Shown: positions 38,024-53,285, counted from the first letter of the stretch. The stretch: DNA of 64,000 nucleotides from Priapulus caudatus (GCF_000485595.1 NW_014577077.1:94471-158470); one strand, 5' to 3'. Translations and numbers: made by a program. Notes: generated from the sequence alone by a model not told the origin.

Positions 38024-41000
38024 CTGTAAGAAAGACGATAAACCATGTCAATGTATATATTAATGTACATTACTACGTAGCTGTAAAGGTGTACAGTTAC
38101 ATAATGAACATCAAACCTGCATTGCCTTACGTTAAGGCAATTAGCACAGTTAATGTGACACTGTTAAGTAGGTGTGTATGGATAGCAGGGTAGCATCTTA
38201 ACATAATGCCAATACGAAACTCATGTAATAACGACAAAATGATGTATATATCATCAAAACAAATGTGGTAAGAATGTTAAATAACACATTTAAATTTAGG
38301 CACTATCACTGGGTGCAGTGGGTTTATTTTGCATGCTACAAGAATGCGCAGATGATGTGGAATTGTTGTGGAATCGGGAACACCCTATTCATTATATGGG
38401 AACTATATAACTCACTTGTCACACTGACATTAGATACTACTCTACCATCACATGAATATCCGTGGCTTCGACAAACACACATTACAAAACCCCTACTCAT
38501 TCTACATTTTCAGTGAGTAGGCCCCCTATAGGATTCAAGCAGCAAAAGATTTCCTGTTAAACAGACAATTAAGCACCACGACTTCTGAGTAACAAAAACT
38601 AACACTCGAACTATAACAAGCTCAACTTTATTAAAATATGCAGGAACACGTAAAAACTTCACACGGTTAGGCCTGTGATTTCAAATAATTGTGAGCATGC
38701 TACAAGTGGCATATTATTTTACAAACTGCATCGGGCTGCAATGCAAAGTAATGCAATGCAATGCAAAAGTAAACTTTTACTAGAACAGTTTCGTTATCAG
38801 AAAAACGCACATTTTGGGTACGTTTTAAGAAACTTATAATGGTAGTTTACCAGCGAGACTTTCCGACAGGTTCACATTGGGTCAGTTGGACAACACATGC
38901 CTTACCAAGATGAAAAATGTTAATCTCAACTGGTACTATTAAACCAGTTAATGTTTTCCTAATTGTGAATATCAGTTATGAGGAAGTCCGAAGGTGAAGC
39001 CATTTAGATTGGCACTGTAATTGCACGTATGTACTACTCTGTATTTATCCTGTATGGCACCTATTTAGCATTTACCACCTGGCCTCGGCAATTTGGTACC
39101 ATTAATTAAAAAAATGGCTCATAGGTTCCCCTCCACCATGAATATAAATGACAAATATAAACAATATTCATGTAAATGGTAAGACAACTACATTTATGCC
39201 ACAGTTAAAGATATCAGGAAAATATATTTATAACCGTAAATTAGATGCAACCTTTTTGTAACTCTATTTGGCATGGTTTTAAACTGCCTAATATATCTTT
39301 ATAAAACAATAAAGAACTAATCACCAAAAATTGTTCATCTAACAAAAAATGATCGCGTGAGGAAATTTAATAGCCACGACCAGAAAGCTCCTACTGTAGA
39401 CCGAACGTTCGTCAGAATTGTCCCAAATAAATTGTTGCAAAAATATGTTATATTTTCACAAAAATACCAACACACCGTTACCTAACAGAAACCTGCAGTT
39501 ACATGCTAGTGTGAGGATTATCATTGCAATCGCAATCGCATGTATCAACACACTAAGTATATGCTAAGTATATGCTAAGGCGTGCCCCAGAAATACGATT
39601 TTTAAAAAGACAGAGGGCAGAATAACACGCATCACGATTCACGTGTGCGAAGTTATTATACATGTATGGCAATTATAGCAAAGTTTATTACAAACACTAG
39701 TAAGATCGTATAGTAGGAGTTATAAGGAGAAATCAGTTATCATCATGGTAAAAAATAATGATCGGGCATACATAAGGAAGCAAGAAATTGAAAGCAAATA
39801 AACAAATTAACTTAAAATTAAATTTAAACTTAACTAAACGTAACTTATTAAACTTAAAATTTATGAACTTATTTTTTTAACATATGAAGTGACATCACAA
39901 TTTGACGATGAAACTACAGCAAAATAAGCTGAAATTGTATCGAACTGCGACGTTTCTAAAACCGAATAATACGCCCCAACGATAATATTAACTTTATACT
40001 TCATCTTTTCCACTTGAAATAAATAGCGATTGCGCATGACGCCTTCTTCGAATCCATTTGCGACCAACGCAACGACAGTGTTACGTGCTACACACTTCAA
40101 TGCCATCTAGTGCTACACTCTTCGTGAATGCCATCCAACATTATTCAATCGCACTCCCCGCATACTTTACAGAACTCCACATTCCTTTGCCGATGTCATT
40201 TGAGACAACACGTACACACTTGACCGTAGAGAGGAACCGGTCTTCACGGGAGGGAAGTGAAACCATGTGTTGTGGCGCAAACACTCCTTATGCTGCGCAG
40301 TGACAGAGTATAGCCAGCGCCCCTACCACACGATGAAAGCTAGCCATCGAACGCTGTCCACGTTGGAGACAGAAAACCGATTGCGAAACGTATGACGTAA
40401 ATAAATCAACGCTAATAGCTCACATGCCGATGAGTAAAACATAATAGCAAGCTGGACTTTGGGAACACATAAAGTACTCAGTAATAACCTCTCGGCTATC
40501 TGCAATCAAGCTTGATGCCTCTGCACGTACAGTATGTATAACGGGTCCATCACGCGAATGCGCCGCTAGCGACAGAACTAGAAACGATCGAGATGGCTTC
40601 AACAGCGAGTTCGCTTCCCCAGGAAGCCGTCATCGGTCACGCTTCATAAACACGCTGGCTGCATCCCATTCGGCTGATCTCCGCTCCTCCTCCCTCTCCC
40701 CCGGGGCCCAGCCTGCAATATTCTGCTGTAGGCAGCTTTTGTTTACGTAACCCAGCCAAAACTGGAAGCTACCGTGCACGCTGTTGCATTTCTGTAGCCA
40801 GTGGCCCAGTGCGCAGCCAATACGTCGTTGGTGATCGTGAGTTCATTCAACTAAGATCATCATCACTCACAGCTCTGTACAGCAGAACGGAATATGTGCA
40901 CCCCGCACATATGGCTGCCACACTTTACGTCATATACTATATTCGGCGATGCGCACATTGCTGATCAAAAGTATCATTACCGGTGTCTACGTGCACAGCA

Positions 41001-41062
41001 TATAGATCACACAGCCATCCAGCCGATCTAATAATTCCCTATCACCGCTGGCATATATTTCC

Positions 41063-41512
41063 TTATTACCTCCGCCAAGGGGTTGGCAGGAGGTTATGTT
41101 TTCACCGGCGTGTGTTTGTTGGTTTGTGCGTGTACAGCCTAACTGGAAAAGTTATGGACGGATTGTCATAAACTTTTCAGGATAGGTCAGAAATCGCCTA
41201 ACTTAGAATTGATGAGATTTTGGTGGTGATCCGGATCCAATTAATTAATTAATTAATAAAATTTTCAGGATAGGTCGGAAATTGGGTAACTTAGAATTGA
41301 TGAGATTTTGGTGGTGATCCGGATCCAATTAATTAATTAATTAATAAAATTTTCAGGATAGGTCAGAAATGGGGTAACTTAGAATTGATTACCTTTTGGT
41401 GGTGATCCGGATCCAATTAATTATTTAATTAATTAATTAATTAATAAAAATATCCACATTGAGAAAATTGAGCTGCCTTGGCGGAGGTCTGTGCTCTCCG
41501 GGTGCTCTAGTT
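41063..41512 (+). mobile_element. Complete Helentron-associated (HINE/DINE-like) element with three 88-bp internal repeats
   Basis: Subterminal inverted repeat acctccgccaagg (41068-41080) / ccttggcggaggt (41476-41488). GT-rich microsatellite after the 5' end. Tandem units at 41174, 41262, 41350. Ends ...ctag-tt. Confidence 0.8.
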
Positions 41513-43119
41513 ATGACATGTTTTGCGCAGAGTAACTTCACTTATTTCATAGCTGCATTTAGGTGAAAAGCATGCGGAAAACGACGTTCATAGCACTTCC
41601 CCAACCGGTCAGGGCGACACTGCCTGCGCGTGTGTCAAGACTAAACTAGTGTTCCACATCGGAAACCCCCTACTGGAACAATATCGTCTCAGACACGTAT
41701 AGACAACGCCACCGAAAAGTTACATGATTCAACAAGAGAACAAGAGCTGTCTAAAGCGGTCAATCAAACAACCATAATACCCCGTTTGCCCATGTTTTTG
41801 CATTTCATATTATTTTCATGCACGACATGCACTGGCAAAAATGGCAATCTGGTCAAGAATATTTTTGATTTCAAGCTAACTGGAATTGAAAACGGCCTTA
41901 CATAAGCACCGTTTTCCCCCACTATGTCCATGATGATCATATCCAGAACGTACGCACGGGCCGTTTGACGGTTAATTGTAAAAGGACATGCACGTCGGAA
42001 TTATTGAAGAACATTTATCAAAATGTCAATTTATCAATCTTTTTCTAGAAAATTGCATCATAATGAAATTCGCGTCTATTAGGGAGAGGGGGCATTCTCT
42101 CATCAAGTTAGCTTTCTCAGACAGTGGAACGATGCAAGCACGCAAACTGTCGCTATATAATATTTGCGCAACCATTTCAACGCTACAGTAACTTACGGCT
42201 CGTTAGTTTCTTCAAGTTTCTACATTTATTTATTATATATATATATATTTATTATATATTTATTATATTTATTTATTATATTATCACGAGACGCTTTATA
42301 ACTACAGTGTGCAGGAACGTAAAACGAAGAAGGGTCGACTGCAACCCGGACTATATATGTCTATTTGGAAGATTCTAATTAAAACAAGGAAATGTTTAAT
42401 GAGAACCGAATGAAAGTTTGTTCTAGAGACGATTACACAAAAACTGAATGAACTGCCGAATACTTCAGTATACCTGTTTTATTTATCTCTAGTAATAACT
42501 CAATATACTCAACCTAGTGATATATTAAATTTCACTGCGTTCTTAATGCATTGTTACAAACGAGTATTTAATTCACATTTAGCTGCAACCTCGTATTAAC
42601 TCCCACGTAGACATTGTACGGCGTGTCTGGTATGTGATTTCTATAAACGCAGAAAATATCTATATATCCATCCAGCCCACATCTGCGTGCCCGCCCAGTC
42701 ACATAAACATAAAAAATACAGGCGTGACTCGTGCCTCGCTGCAATATTTGCCTCTTTACAATTTCCTCTAATTTTTCAGACATACAGTCACGTGTAATTG
42801 TCACATCCATCAAAGATTCAGAATTGAAATACATGTGTGCAAAGAGATTCGGTAGCAGTAGCGAGTGGTACATCACTTTAGAGTGTCTAGATGGCTGGGT
42901 GAGAGGGTCGGTGGAAGTAGTATGACGAATGCCGGGTGTTGTGTAAACATACGCATATGTTTATGTTGTAAACATGGCGCACGTGTCTGAGTACGTGGAC
43001 TTGCTCATGATCGCGCGCCCGCGCGCGTGTGTGTGCGATTTGCATGCGTAATAAACACATAAACATGTATACTGCAATAAGGACGGTAATAGTTCAATAA
43101 ATGTAGGTATATATTACAG

Positions 43120-43225
43120 CGCGCACACACGCGCGCGCGCATACACACACGCACACACGCACACACGCACACACACACGCGCGCGCGCATACACACACGC
43201 ACACACGCACACACACGCGCGCACA
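43120..43225. repeat. (CA)/(CG) compound microsatellite
   Basis: Seen directly. Confidence 0.9.
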
Positions 43226-44251
43226 TTAGAACACTGTGAGCACTGTTGGCACATTAGAACACTGCATACGCGGGCAAACAGCCTACACCATATATGACGT
43301 TGTGATTTCCGCACACGCCACCTACACCATGCGTAGGTCATTACAGTATACATAAACGCGATTGATTAATTTTCGAAGTAATATAGAGTCATTGACTCGA
43401 TGACGTTTCTGTAACGATGCCACGGCATGTCTAAGCAGAATACAGTGCGACTAACACATGCGAAGTTACTAGATAATATGATTAGAAAAACATATGTCCA
43501 TTAGATCTAAGTAGACTTCCGTAGTTACTAAGTTTTTAAAGGAATCTCTACTCTATTAAAATGATGCTGCGCCAACTTCAGTCACTTCCGGACTCCATAA
43601 ATAGCGTAGAAACATGCATATGCATGATCAGCAAAAACCGACTTTGGGACATACCTCACTAAAAATACAATTAGCTAAGTGGAGGAAAATGAAGATCGAG
43701 CAGAGGAAAAATCTAATAAATATCTTATTGTTTAATGGATGAAAGATGACAGTTCAATGATAATAGTGCAGAATGATGAACCACAAAAAATAAACGTAAA
43801 AAATGCACCTTGACACGGGCAATTCCTGGCTTAGTAACTTCAGCACGTGTGAACGAATCTGGAAATCTCTCTGTCAGTTTTTTGCTTCATGAAATACGAC
43901 TACTGACGTGTCTAGCATCAAAACGCGATGTTACGCCTATCTAATTAGAGTATGTCTAATGCAGAGGATGGCACTAGCTATATACCACTACTAGTCAGGT
44001 AACCACAGTGAGTGCGCTATAACGTAGATATAAATTGATACAACGTAGATACATTGTTTATTATATAAAATACAATTGTCACCTATTTGATTACCCGAGT
44101 ATATAAAACGTTGACAGGAGCGCATGGGCTTCACACCCGTAAGTGCATTTCGCGTGCAATCAATAAACGGTACCTTTTAGATATAATCACTGGATGCAGT
44201 TTCTAGTTTGTGTGATAACACTCACAAACATATAGACACTGTCGGGCTGCT

Positions 44252-44295
44252 ACGCACACGCGCGCGCGCACGCACACATGTATGCACACATGTAT

Positions 44296-44365
<70 letters not shown>

Positions 44366-44416
44366 CTACGCGCACACACGCACGCACGCACCCACGCACG
44401 AACACACACACAAACA

Positions 44417-44450
<34 letters not shown>

Positions 44451-44510
44451 CAACCACATGACACGCGCACGGGCGCAATAGACACACCCCACAACCCGCA
44501 CGCGCACGCA

Positions 44511-44542
<32 letters not shown>

Positions 44543-44581
44543 CGCAGCACACACACGCACGCACGCACACACACGCACGCA

Positions 44582-44637
<56 letters not shown>
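44252..44637. repeat. Long (CA)n/(CACG)n compound microsatellite
   Basis: Seen directly; explains the HT/CV-repeat ORFs. Confidence 0.95.
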
Positions 44638-44638
<1 letters not shown>

Positions 44639-46898
44639 CACCAGCTACTGGCATAATAAACAATCTACATAAATACGCTGCTTCCTCGTTGCGTATAGTC
44701 TAGTAGCATCAATCGCTGTAATAATATGTTACTTCACCACTAAATATTTACGTGTATACAGTAACATAGAGGCAGAAACTAACGGAACTGCTACATATGG
44801 ATCAGCCTTGTTAATAAGGCGCCTATTAATATCTAAAAGCAACGTAGAATTGATGCAATAATTATAGGAATTGCAATCATTGTAGCCCCACATGAGTGAT
44901 AGTAGCAGATCTAGAAGTGTCATAATATAGACTATATTCTATAATATAGTCTAATATAGTCTATATTATGACACTCCCGATATTAGTGGCAACTCGATCG
45001 GCTATCGAGAAAAACGCACGCGCTCTGCACGCACGCACGCGCTCTGCATGCACGCACGCGCGCACGCGCACACGCACAATAAATCCAGGCTGCTCCATTA
45101 CTAGTAGTACTATAGATGGAGTTACGACACTATCCAGCCGCAACAGAATTAGCGACCCTCGAACATGCTGCAAGACTGTTTGCGTATCAGCGTGTCGCTG
45201 AATCAACGAAATCACGTTTACGGACATGCAATAACAACCAAACTGCCAGGGGGCCCTTCTCGCCATCCACAACCGACCGCATAGCAACGCAACACAGCGC
45301 ACGACAGCCGCAGGGAACCGCGACAGCATCTCTAGAAGAATGCCAACTATGTGATATTTGTTGATGTAGTAAATACACAAACGAGAGACCGCGACGTCAT
45401 TATAAATCCCGTACGTGATATATGATGATGACCTCAGAGTGGCTCGCTCAGTCAAGCTGCACTGGCACTGCAGAAATACGTGGTAGGTTACATAAATTCT
45501 CGTTGAACGCCTTACAATTGCTCCTTAGCCCATGACATAAGATGGGCCGCAGGTGACCCTTCATGAGTTCACATGAACGCAAACCACGCCGTGTAGTACT
45601 ATACCCTCTAGAGTTGTGAATGACTCTAAGGCCGAACTGTCACACGGCTACACGATATTTTTTCACGGCTTTGTCAACTCCTACTGAACGGCGACCAAGG
45701 GCGCTTGTTCCCCCCAAGAAGGCTTCACACTCACGTGACAATAAATCGAGGAAGACTTTCACGGCAAGGAAATGACAGCGTCACGAAAAGGTCACGCACA
45801 ACAGATTACCGACAAAACCAATCAGTTGGCAAAAAAACCTACTGCTGATCTACTTTTCGCATTTCCGCCATAGAAATTATAGACCGACTGGGAAAAACAA
45901 ATTCTGCAAGCTTTTTCCACGGCCGATAGCGGGCAGCAAACGCTGGTGGAACGTTTCTGTAGTATAGTTCATGCAGCAGGGGAAATGAATACTTAGCCAA
46001 AATAGCTGCTTCTTGAATCACCTTTTGTCTGTTTTCTCACAAATTAATTTTATACGAGATTTCAACAAAAATACGGACTATTGTAACCGAATTCCGCAGC
46101 AGTCAGATTAGCATTAGTGAAATACATATCACCTAATCTAGGTGCCTTATCCATGAAGACACGCGTCAGAATGTAGCAAAATGTTTGAACTGTCCACACA
46201 CAATCAAATCATATACTACTTCTGGCATCGCCAACTAAAATGCTATTGCATGCTCGATATGTCTATGGGACAATAGAAACAACTATACATGCATGTGTGT
46301 TTTTCGCATGTATAGCCTTGAATGACAGTTCAACATAAAGCCAGTAGACTGACATATCCAGCACAAACATTGCTGCGAAGAAAGCATCCTGCGCTTGGTT
46401 GACATTTACTAATTAATTATAAACGCATAGAAGAGCCACGAGGACTCCGTCAGAGAAGTGCTGCGTCGGGAGATGCAGCGATTTTCCAGTTTAACCACAC
46501 GCGGTGACAGGCAACATCGGGGAACATTACAAACAGCACTTTCTTGACTCTTCGGTTACTATATCAATCAGTTTTAAATCTAGCACCGTACTGCAGTTTG
46601 CGTTTGTTGTGACCGGAAAAGAGCAGGATATATTAGCTAGCAGGGGAATTTATTTAGTGAGGTATCTGCAAACCGCGTAACTACAACAAACAGATAGTGA
46701 TTTGTGAACGATCTTGTTAAAACCAGAATCAACACAGTGCATTCAATAAATCTATTATAAAATTGACCATATGTACAGAAATCCTCAGACAAGTGCTTTG
46801 AGTATTTTTTGCCCAACTGCACGGGCAGCTGCCGTGTAGGCAACATTAGGATCTGTGCTAGAGTGGGAGCGATCGATGCGAGGGACAGCCACGTTTAT

Positions 46899-46916
46899 TC
46901 TCCCAGCATGCACTGC
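46899..46916 (+). promoter_or_regulatory. Candidate ZNF143/Staf binding site (tctcccagcatgcactgc)
   Basis: Motif match only to the Staf-type consensus YYCCCANNNTGCNYYRC. Confidence 0.3.
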
Positions 46917-47950
46917 TGGTACGGGCTCCAAGGGTGAAAAGAATTCACAATTTCATCTAAACCAGATTCCAACCAGTTAAGTCACGTTCAGTAAAGCCTG
47001 AGATGTATGAATGCAGCAAAACAAGAATCCAGCAAGTTGAATGCAAGCTCCAGCTCCAGATGAGAACTTGCCAGAAGCGCATACACCGACGTGATTTGAT
47101 ATTGCCTACTCTAATCATAATTCGATGAGATTAGCACAGAAAATTATCAGGAAATTTATTTGATCACTTTCTTTTTAACTTACAACAAGTTGTCACGTGC
47201 ATTTGTATGCCATTCTGCATCATGAGTATTCTTCGAAACAACTAGGAACGTGAAAAATAAATAAATGCATATATCTTAATTTAGTATTTTTATACGTATC
47301 TGCATACACGTCTTGGATGCTCGACGCACAAGTACTACAAACACCTGGATATTTCATGCGCTCCGATCCAGCTACCATCAGTCAGGCAACCACTGACTGC
47401 ATAAATGATTGGTATGCGCGAAGCAATGTTTTGACAGATGCCATCCCGATTGCCTAAGAGACACATGCCGACACAAAATGACAAGTGCAAGTCACCCAGA
47501 GTGCAATCATGTCGACACCACCGGCGGACTACTAAAAGCTTCTCCTCGCATGTAATTATTATAGCACACTGCTAGAGGTTTACTGGGACATTATCCATGA
47601 CCCCCTGCATAAGAAGAATACAAGGGGCTACAACTTACAAGTGAAACCCTTCACCAACCAACCAACCAATCGACTCTTCGCCTTTACATATACGTAAAAC
47701 AGTGAGCGCCCCACCAAGAAGGAATTAGAGGCAAATGAGAGGAAACTTGATTGCAGTGATAAAGTGAATGTGGGACATTAAAAACTATTTCCATATCCCC
47801 GGGCAGTAGGAAGAAAAAAAACAATGGGCATGTTTACTACTTGGACCTATTTAAGCATCTAATATGTCGATTAAAAATTACCCAAACGCCGCCATTTATA
47901 CTCTAAAACCAACAAATAAATTATTGTTAGTGTCGCTCTACTTCATATTC

Positions 47951-48257
47951 AGCCTAGTGCAGACCTGCGACTTTTTCATGCAACTCGACAGCGATTCTAG
48001 AATCGTTGTAAACATTGCTGTGAAATGGCTACGTCTGCGGGAACGTGCAACTGCAACCCGTAGCGATTCTGGTCGCTTACGGCGAGTTGCAAGAAATCAA
48101 ACTGGTTTGATTTTGAGCGACTCGTCGCTCCCAATCGATCCCAAAATTGCTCTAGAATTGTTTCGAAATCGTACGTGTGCAAACACGCGGTGACCGATCG
48201 CTTGCGGTTGCAGGTTGCAGCGACGAGCAACCAAAAATCGCAGGTCTGCGCTAGGCT
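47951..48257. mobile_element. PIF/Harbinger-like MITE, 307 bp
   Basis: ~25-bp TIR agcctagtgcagacctgcgactttt / aaaaatcgcaggtctgcgctaggct (2 mismatches). Flanks ttc / tta are compatible with a degenerate 3-bp TTA TSD. Confidence 0.75.
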
Positions 48258-48344
48258 TTATCGTGCCCTTGAAAATGCCAGTAGGTTTTCAAACACATAT
48301 GGATTCGATTATGTTGAACTAGTCCAGCAGTGCGAGACTGCCAA

Positions 48345-48485
48345 CTGCTACTGTTCCGCTGCTGGTGCTGATAGCGCTGCAACCGCTACTACTGTGGCGA
48401 CTGCTGCTACTGCTACTATTGCATGCGCAGTTGCTGCTGCTGCGTCTACTACTCTCCTCTGTTGCTGCTACTAGTACTAGTAGTC
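48345..48485. repeat. Degenerate (CTG/CTA)n trinucleotide tract
   Basis: Seen directly. Confidence 0.8.
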
Positions 48486-49466
48486 CTTCTTCGGCTACTG
48501 TTCCATTACAAGTGCTAGAACGGCACCGGCGCTAACGTCAGCTGGTGTCCGAATGATGGTATTACGAAAGTCGGATGTTAATCATTTGGCCACTGACCCC
48601 AAATGACCCCAAATGACCCCAAAGTTTTGCTGTTTACCCACCTATTTTTACTTCATTTCTATCATGTCTTTACAAATTGCGCACATCGATAACATATATT
48701 AACTTCAGGTGGGATACACGGAAGAAGGGAAGTAATCGTGTTAATTCTACAGGTGTCACCTAATTACTTCAGACGGACCCAAATTACGCGTTGCCCCCTC
48801 CATATTGCGGGAATATTACACGTGACGTACGCGCGTAGTACAGTGTTGGCGCGATTAACCTTACATGCACGTGCACGGTCCTCCAGCAAAGCAGCTGATA
48901 CCACAGCTTAAAATCTTGCCAACGTGCAACGTAGTCGCAACAGTGATACACTCATTAGTGATCTCTATAAACTACGGTGGTGGAAGAATCAGTGGTTACA
49001 CACGGCTGACACGATCTTGGCCTTGTCATGGTTGCGGTAACGGCCGCTACGTGAAAGAGCAATAACGTTTTTCCGCTCTCATGACAGCTCTTATTTTACG
49101 ACACCGAGTTTCAACATTCGAACACGCTGTGGCGTGGAACAGCGAAGCCATTAACGACCGAGATCCTAGACTGTAGTGTGAATTTGCGACGGAGAGGCGC
49201 GGGGTGGGATCTATAGTACAGTGCGCAGACTTCGAGCAGAAATTGCGGTTTCGAAACAAAGCAGTGACAACTGTACAGGATATAGCTGTTCCCTTATCTC
49301 ATCTCAAGCTTTACAATTTTTTGGTGAATTATTTATCAGTTAATCATGATGTAAATAATGTAAGGCAACATTATCAATAATGTGCTGCGTGATACAGAGG
49401 AAAGCCATATTTTCTCGGCCTAGAACCTGGGTGCATGTGAGCTGATGAGAAGCCTCAGGAACGCAG

Positions 49467-49555
49467 TGAATAGCTAGGGAGAATAGCCAGGGAGAATAGC
49501 TATAGGGAGAATAGCCAGGCAGAATAGCTAGGGAGAATAGTTATAGGGAGAATAG
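49467..49555. repeat. Short minisatellite (gggagaatagc..) x ~6; also at 57307-57395
   Basis: Seen directly. Confidence 0.85.
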
Positions 49556-50967
49556 TCGGCTAATTTTCCATGACGCTGGTCAAAACAATCAAAACACGAA
49601 TGTACTAGTCAGGAATTAGAAAATCACATATAGTTTACATATAGGCGTATATTTCAGCTACCTCTCTGAATTACAACTTCAGCGCTACATTACATACATT
49701 GCCACGATATATTACATTGGCATATTGTTACATTAAATCTGCTAAAGTTAATGCTCGGGCCATCCTTGTTCGTAAATGATGTACCTTCAAGATATACTCA
49801 AAACGCGGATATCAATTATATTACTATTAGATTATTTCTTATATAATTAACAACAAGGTAACATTAATAAACGGCTATACCATACCATTCAGTGTCACCA
49901 TAGATATATATAAACACAAATGGTGTCACTCGCTGCACTCTCAATGCATTTTTTTGCTGTTACTTCGCAAGGCTATAGCTAGCACCATGTGCAGATTCTC
50001 TCAGAATTAGTACATTTCTGCACTATTATTTATTTATGCAGTTATTCACAGTCTCCCAAACGCAGTCCAGGTGCTTTAAATTCAGGCCAAATGAACAAGG
50101 CACTAACGAGAGCACATACAAATAATATAGTATATAGTCATAGTATAGCGCTTATAGTAATGTGAAGGATGTTTTCTGTTTACCCAGTATCATGCATGAG
50201 TTCGCACATGCCCAGCAGCTTTAAGTACACGTGGGTACCAGCAGGTCACAAGTTATGTACGCTAACCACTAAAACGTAAAACACATTTCGAAACTCACGG
50301 GACGCCATCTTTTTACAATCTTCGGAGGCTAACAGGCTAATCAATGCCTGACATTTCTCAAGGGGTAGAAAGTATTTTGAGAGTCAGGTGAAAAATATTT
50401 TACGGTCATTATTCTATTTTAAAAACAGTTCACATTTATCACGTATCTTCTATATAACAATATTTTAATATAGTAATGTAGCCCAAATCTGATTAATTAA
50501 ATGTTTAGCATCAAACTTGGAATTAACATTTTTTTACTATATTACCTAATATGATCATGTGGATTGACGTGTAATATTAAAAAATATTTAGTACTTGTAA
50601 TTATATATAATATATTTTTGATGAACAATTAATCGGTATACTTGTATAATTTTACCTATGCTGCCGCCCACAAATACAACAATAATTAGATGCTGGTCGT
50701 TCTAAATAAAACATGACCTCATATTTTTACCATACATGGCTGCATGGTATGTGTGATAAGTCAGGATACCTATAATATCTTTTCTTCAAATGAATCACGT
50801 AATTATATTTTCGTGTTTATTGCGATAATGCGTAATCTAGTAAAAGCGACATACATTCACAAGTAACAGTCTTGTGAATAACAATTGGTGCCAACAGCCA
50901 GCAAATAACTTAAGGTTGTAAATAAAATGAAATAAAACACACACGCACGCGCGCGCTCGCGCACGCA

Positions 50968-51019
<52 letters not shown>

Positions 51020-53245
51020 CGCACACACGCACACACGCACACACCAATTTCTACGGTATCGCTTCGCATCGCCATCGCGTACGGGGAATGCTCTCTAAAA
51101 AGGAGGGAGGGATTGAGAGAGCAAGCGAGCCCCTAGGGGGACGGGTCTATAACGATGCATTATCTGCTAGAATTAAACACGTTGACGAGTTTTCCTAACA
51201 GACCATACCATGTACGACTCTACGAATTTTAGGAGATATACACCACGTCTTCTCGAGCCATGGTTCAACAGAAAGCGGGTATTGTAGATCTGGCAAGAAG
51301 TGCGATAAATTTATATAACAACTATTTGCAGCCAAACATTCACTTAAAATAAAATCAAGTTTACCTCCAAAATACTACAGCAATATACAAAACCAGCCTC
51401 CTCAAGCCCCGTGCATAATCTTAAAATACGAAATTTTCAGGATTCTAGGAGGAACCAGGGATTAGGACGCATGGCGATCTTATAATGCGAAATAACATCA
51501 GAAAATAACATATCAACTTCGCACTGAACCAAATTAATGTACAATCTATGGATGTAGGTCGTCAAACGAATTAAGACGAGGATAAACACTCACCGTTTAT
51601 AAATATGTATGTTACTCAAATATGCGTGATAGACTAAACGGTAGGGTGTCGATGAAAGACAATCAAACAAATCAATATCACAACGGTGAATCTTATATCA
51701 TTTAAATGATTTTTTTTAATTACATTTGCTTCACAAACTATTTTATATATAAGACGTGGTAGTGTTGCCTTTCTAGCGATAATGTTTCCTACAGTAATAT
51801 TGAGCATGTCTATGAATTTTGTCCTCAGCATGAGCACTATTGCGAGCACCTGGGCAGTGACAATGCTATGCATTTCTAATGCGTCTCTGACTATAAGTAA
51901 TGACGTTTGGAAGGTTCAAACTTTCGTTGTTGGGCACTTTGTCAGATTAGTTTTACATTTTACATAAGCTGCATGTTTTTCCCAGCCTTTCTGTTTTTCT
52001 ACAGCAAGAGTTTTGACTCGTTGTTTTCCTAGATTGTGGTTAGTTTTATTACGCTTTATATTCCTCAAAGATGTTTCCTACGCCTATGACTGCCTATAGT
52101 TCGAGGCCTATCGCCCAAAATTGATGAATGCGAAAACACCACGCAGAGATAATAACATTTATCATGAATCGATGCCTATTGGCGCATTTACACCTACGTC
52201 ATAAGTACGTCATCACCTACGTCACCTACGTCATAAGTACGTACCTGTTAACGATTCATACTATCTTGAGTCTTATTGTTCTTCGGGAAATTTTGCTGTG
52301 CTGTCAACCTGCTATGCTATAGCGATTTTAACATAATGCAGCAATTCAACGGTTCTTGTATCCATCAGTATAAAATGTCTCTGTAATCATGTCCCGTGGA
52401 TAATTTATCAGATGTAGAATTGCAGCAGCTAATGGATTAGATGCGATTTGATACAAAGCAGAACTACACTACACCCATGTCGCACGCACGCATTACTATA
52501 TCCATGCCATAGTACATGTGAGATTATCAGGAGTACGTCGTGACACGTTATAGTGTCTCATATTCTATTTGACACATCAATTAGAGATAATTAACACCTT
52601 CCATTCATCCTTTTTTCCGTTTTCCCGTTTAGTAGCACTTTAATGGTGGAGGTTTTCTCAATGATGGCACTAACCAACTAGCATAGCACGTACACATTCC
52701 ATATGAGAACATCGTACGACGCGAGCGCACGCACACACATTCTGTCACCGTATTCAGATAGAGGCCGAGTAATCTAGTGGGCAGCATCCTTAACAGGTTG
52801 GCATTTGCAGTGCATTACTAGCACTCGGCGTGTAGTGACAGGCCGCCAAGTGAGAACCTGTAACATACGGCCAAAGTATGGTCAGCTATATGCATCTATC
52901 TGTTCAGCGTCGGATAAATTGATTGGGAGTGCATCCGATGAGATTGACACCCCTGTAGTCGGATCCCGCGGATCAATCAAAGCGAGGGAAACATTTAATA
53001 TATATCCGGTGCCGTGCATTTCAGCTGTTTAGGATATATTTCGCTACTGCCAATCCCCGACACACGTTACTGTGTGACAATAATATATCACTACATGCAC
53101 GTTTATGACGATTTCCTTCTCTTGTAGAGATTGACTTACATATAATGAATCGGTAGGGGACTCGGTGTACATGCACAGCCACAATGAGATTCATCCATTT
53201 CTACTTCCAACATAACCCTATCTCACTGTACGATGTCACATAACC

Positions 53246-53285
53246 CTTGGAGTAATAAGCTGACTACTCAGCTTATTACTCCAAG
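53246..53285. mobile_element. 40-bp hairpin mini-element with 7-bp TSD (also 61621-61660)
   Basis: Perfect 18-bp arms cttggagtaataagctga / tcagcttattactccaag, 4-nt loop, flanked by cataacc on both sides. Confidence 0.7.

Noticed and set aside
41174..41450. 88-bp repeats as a CRISPR or ncRNA array
   Set aside because: Whole units repeat without variable spacers and sit inside HINE-type termini.
43656..43860. Possible bridging 5' exons (donors at ~43655 and ~43808)
   Set aside because: Stops or wrong phase for joining to exon 38023.
44203..44672. Several 130-150 aa ORFs (also near 19100, 20700, 35000, 43100, 50900, 59300)
   Set aside because: Translations of (CA)n/(CACG)n microsatellites.
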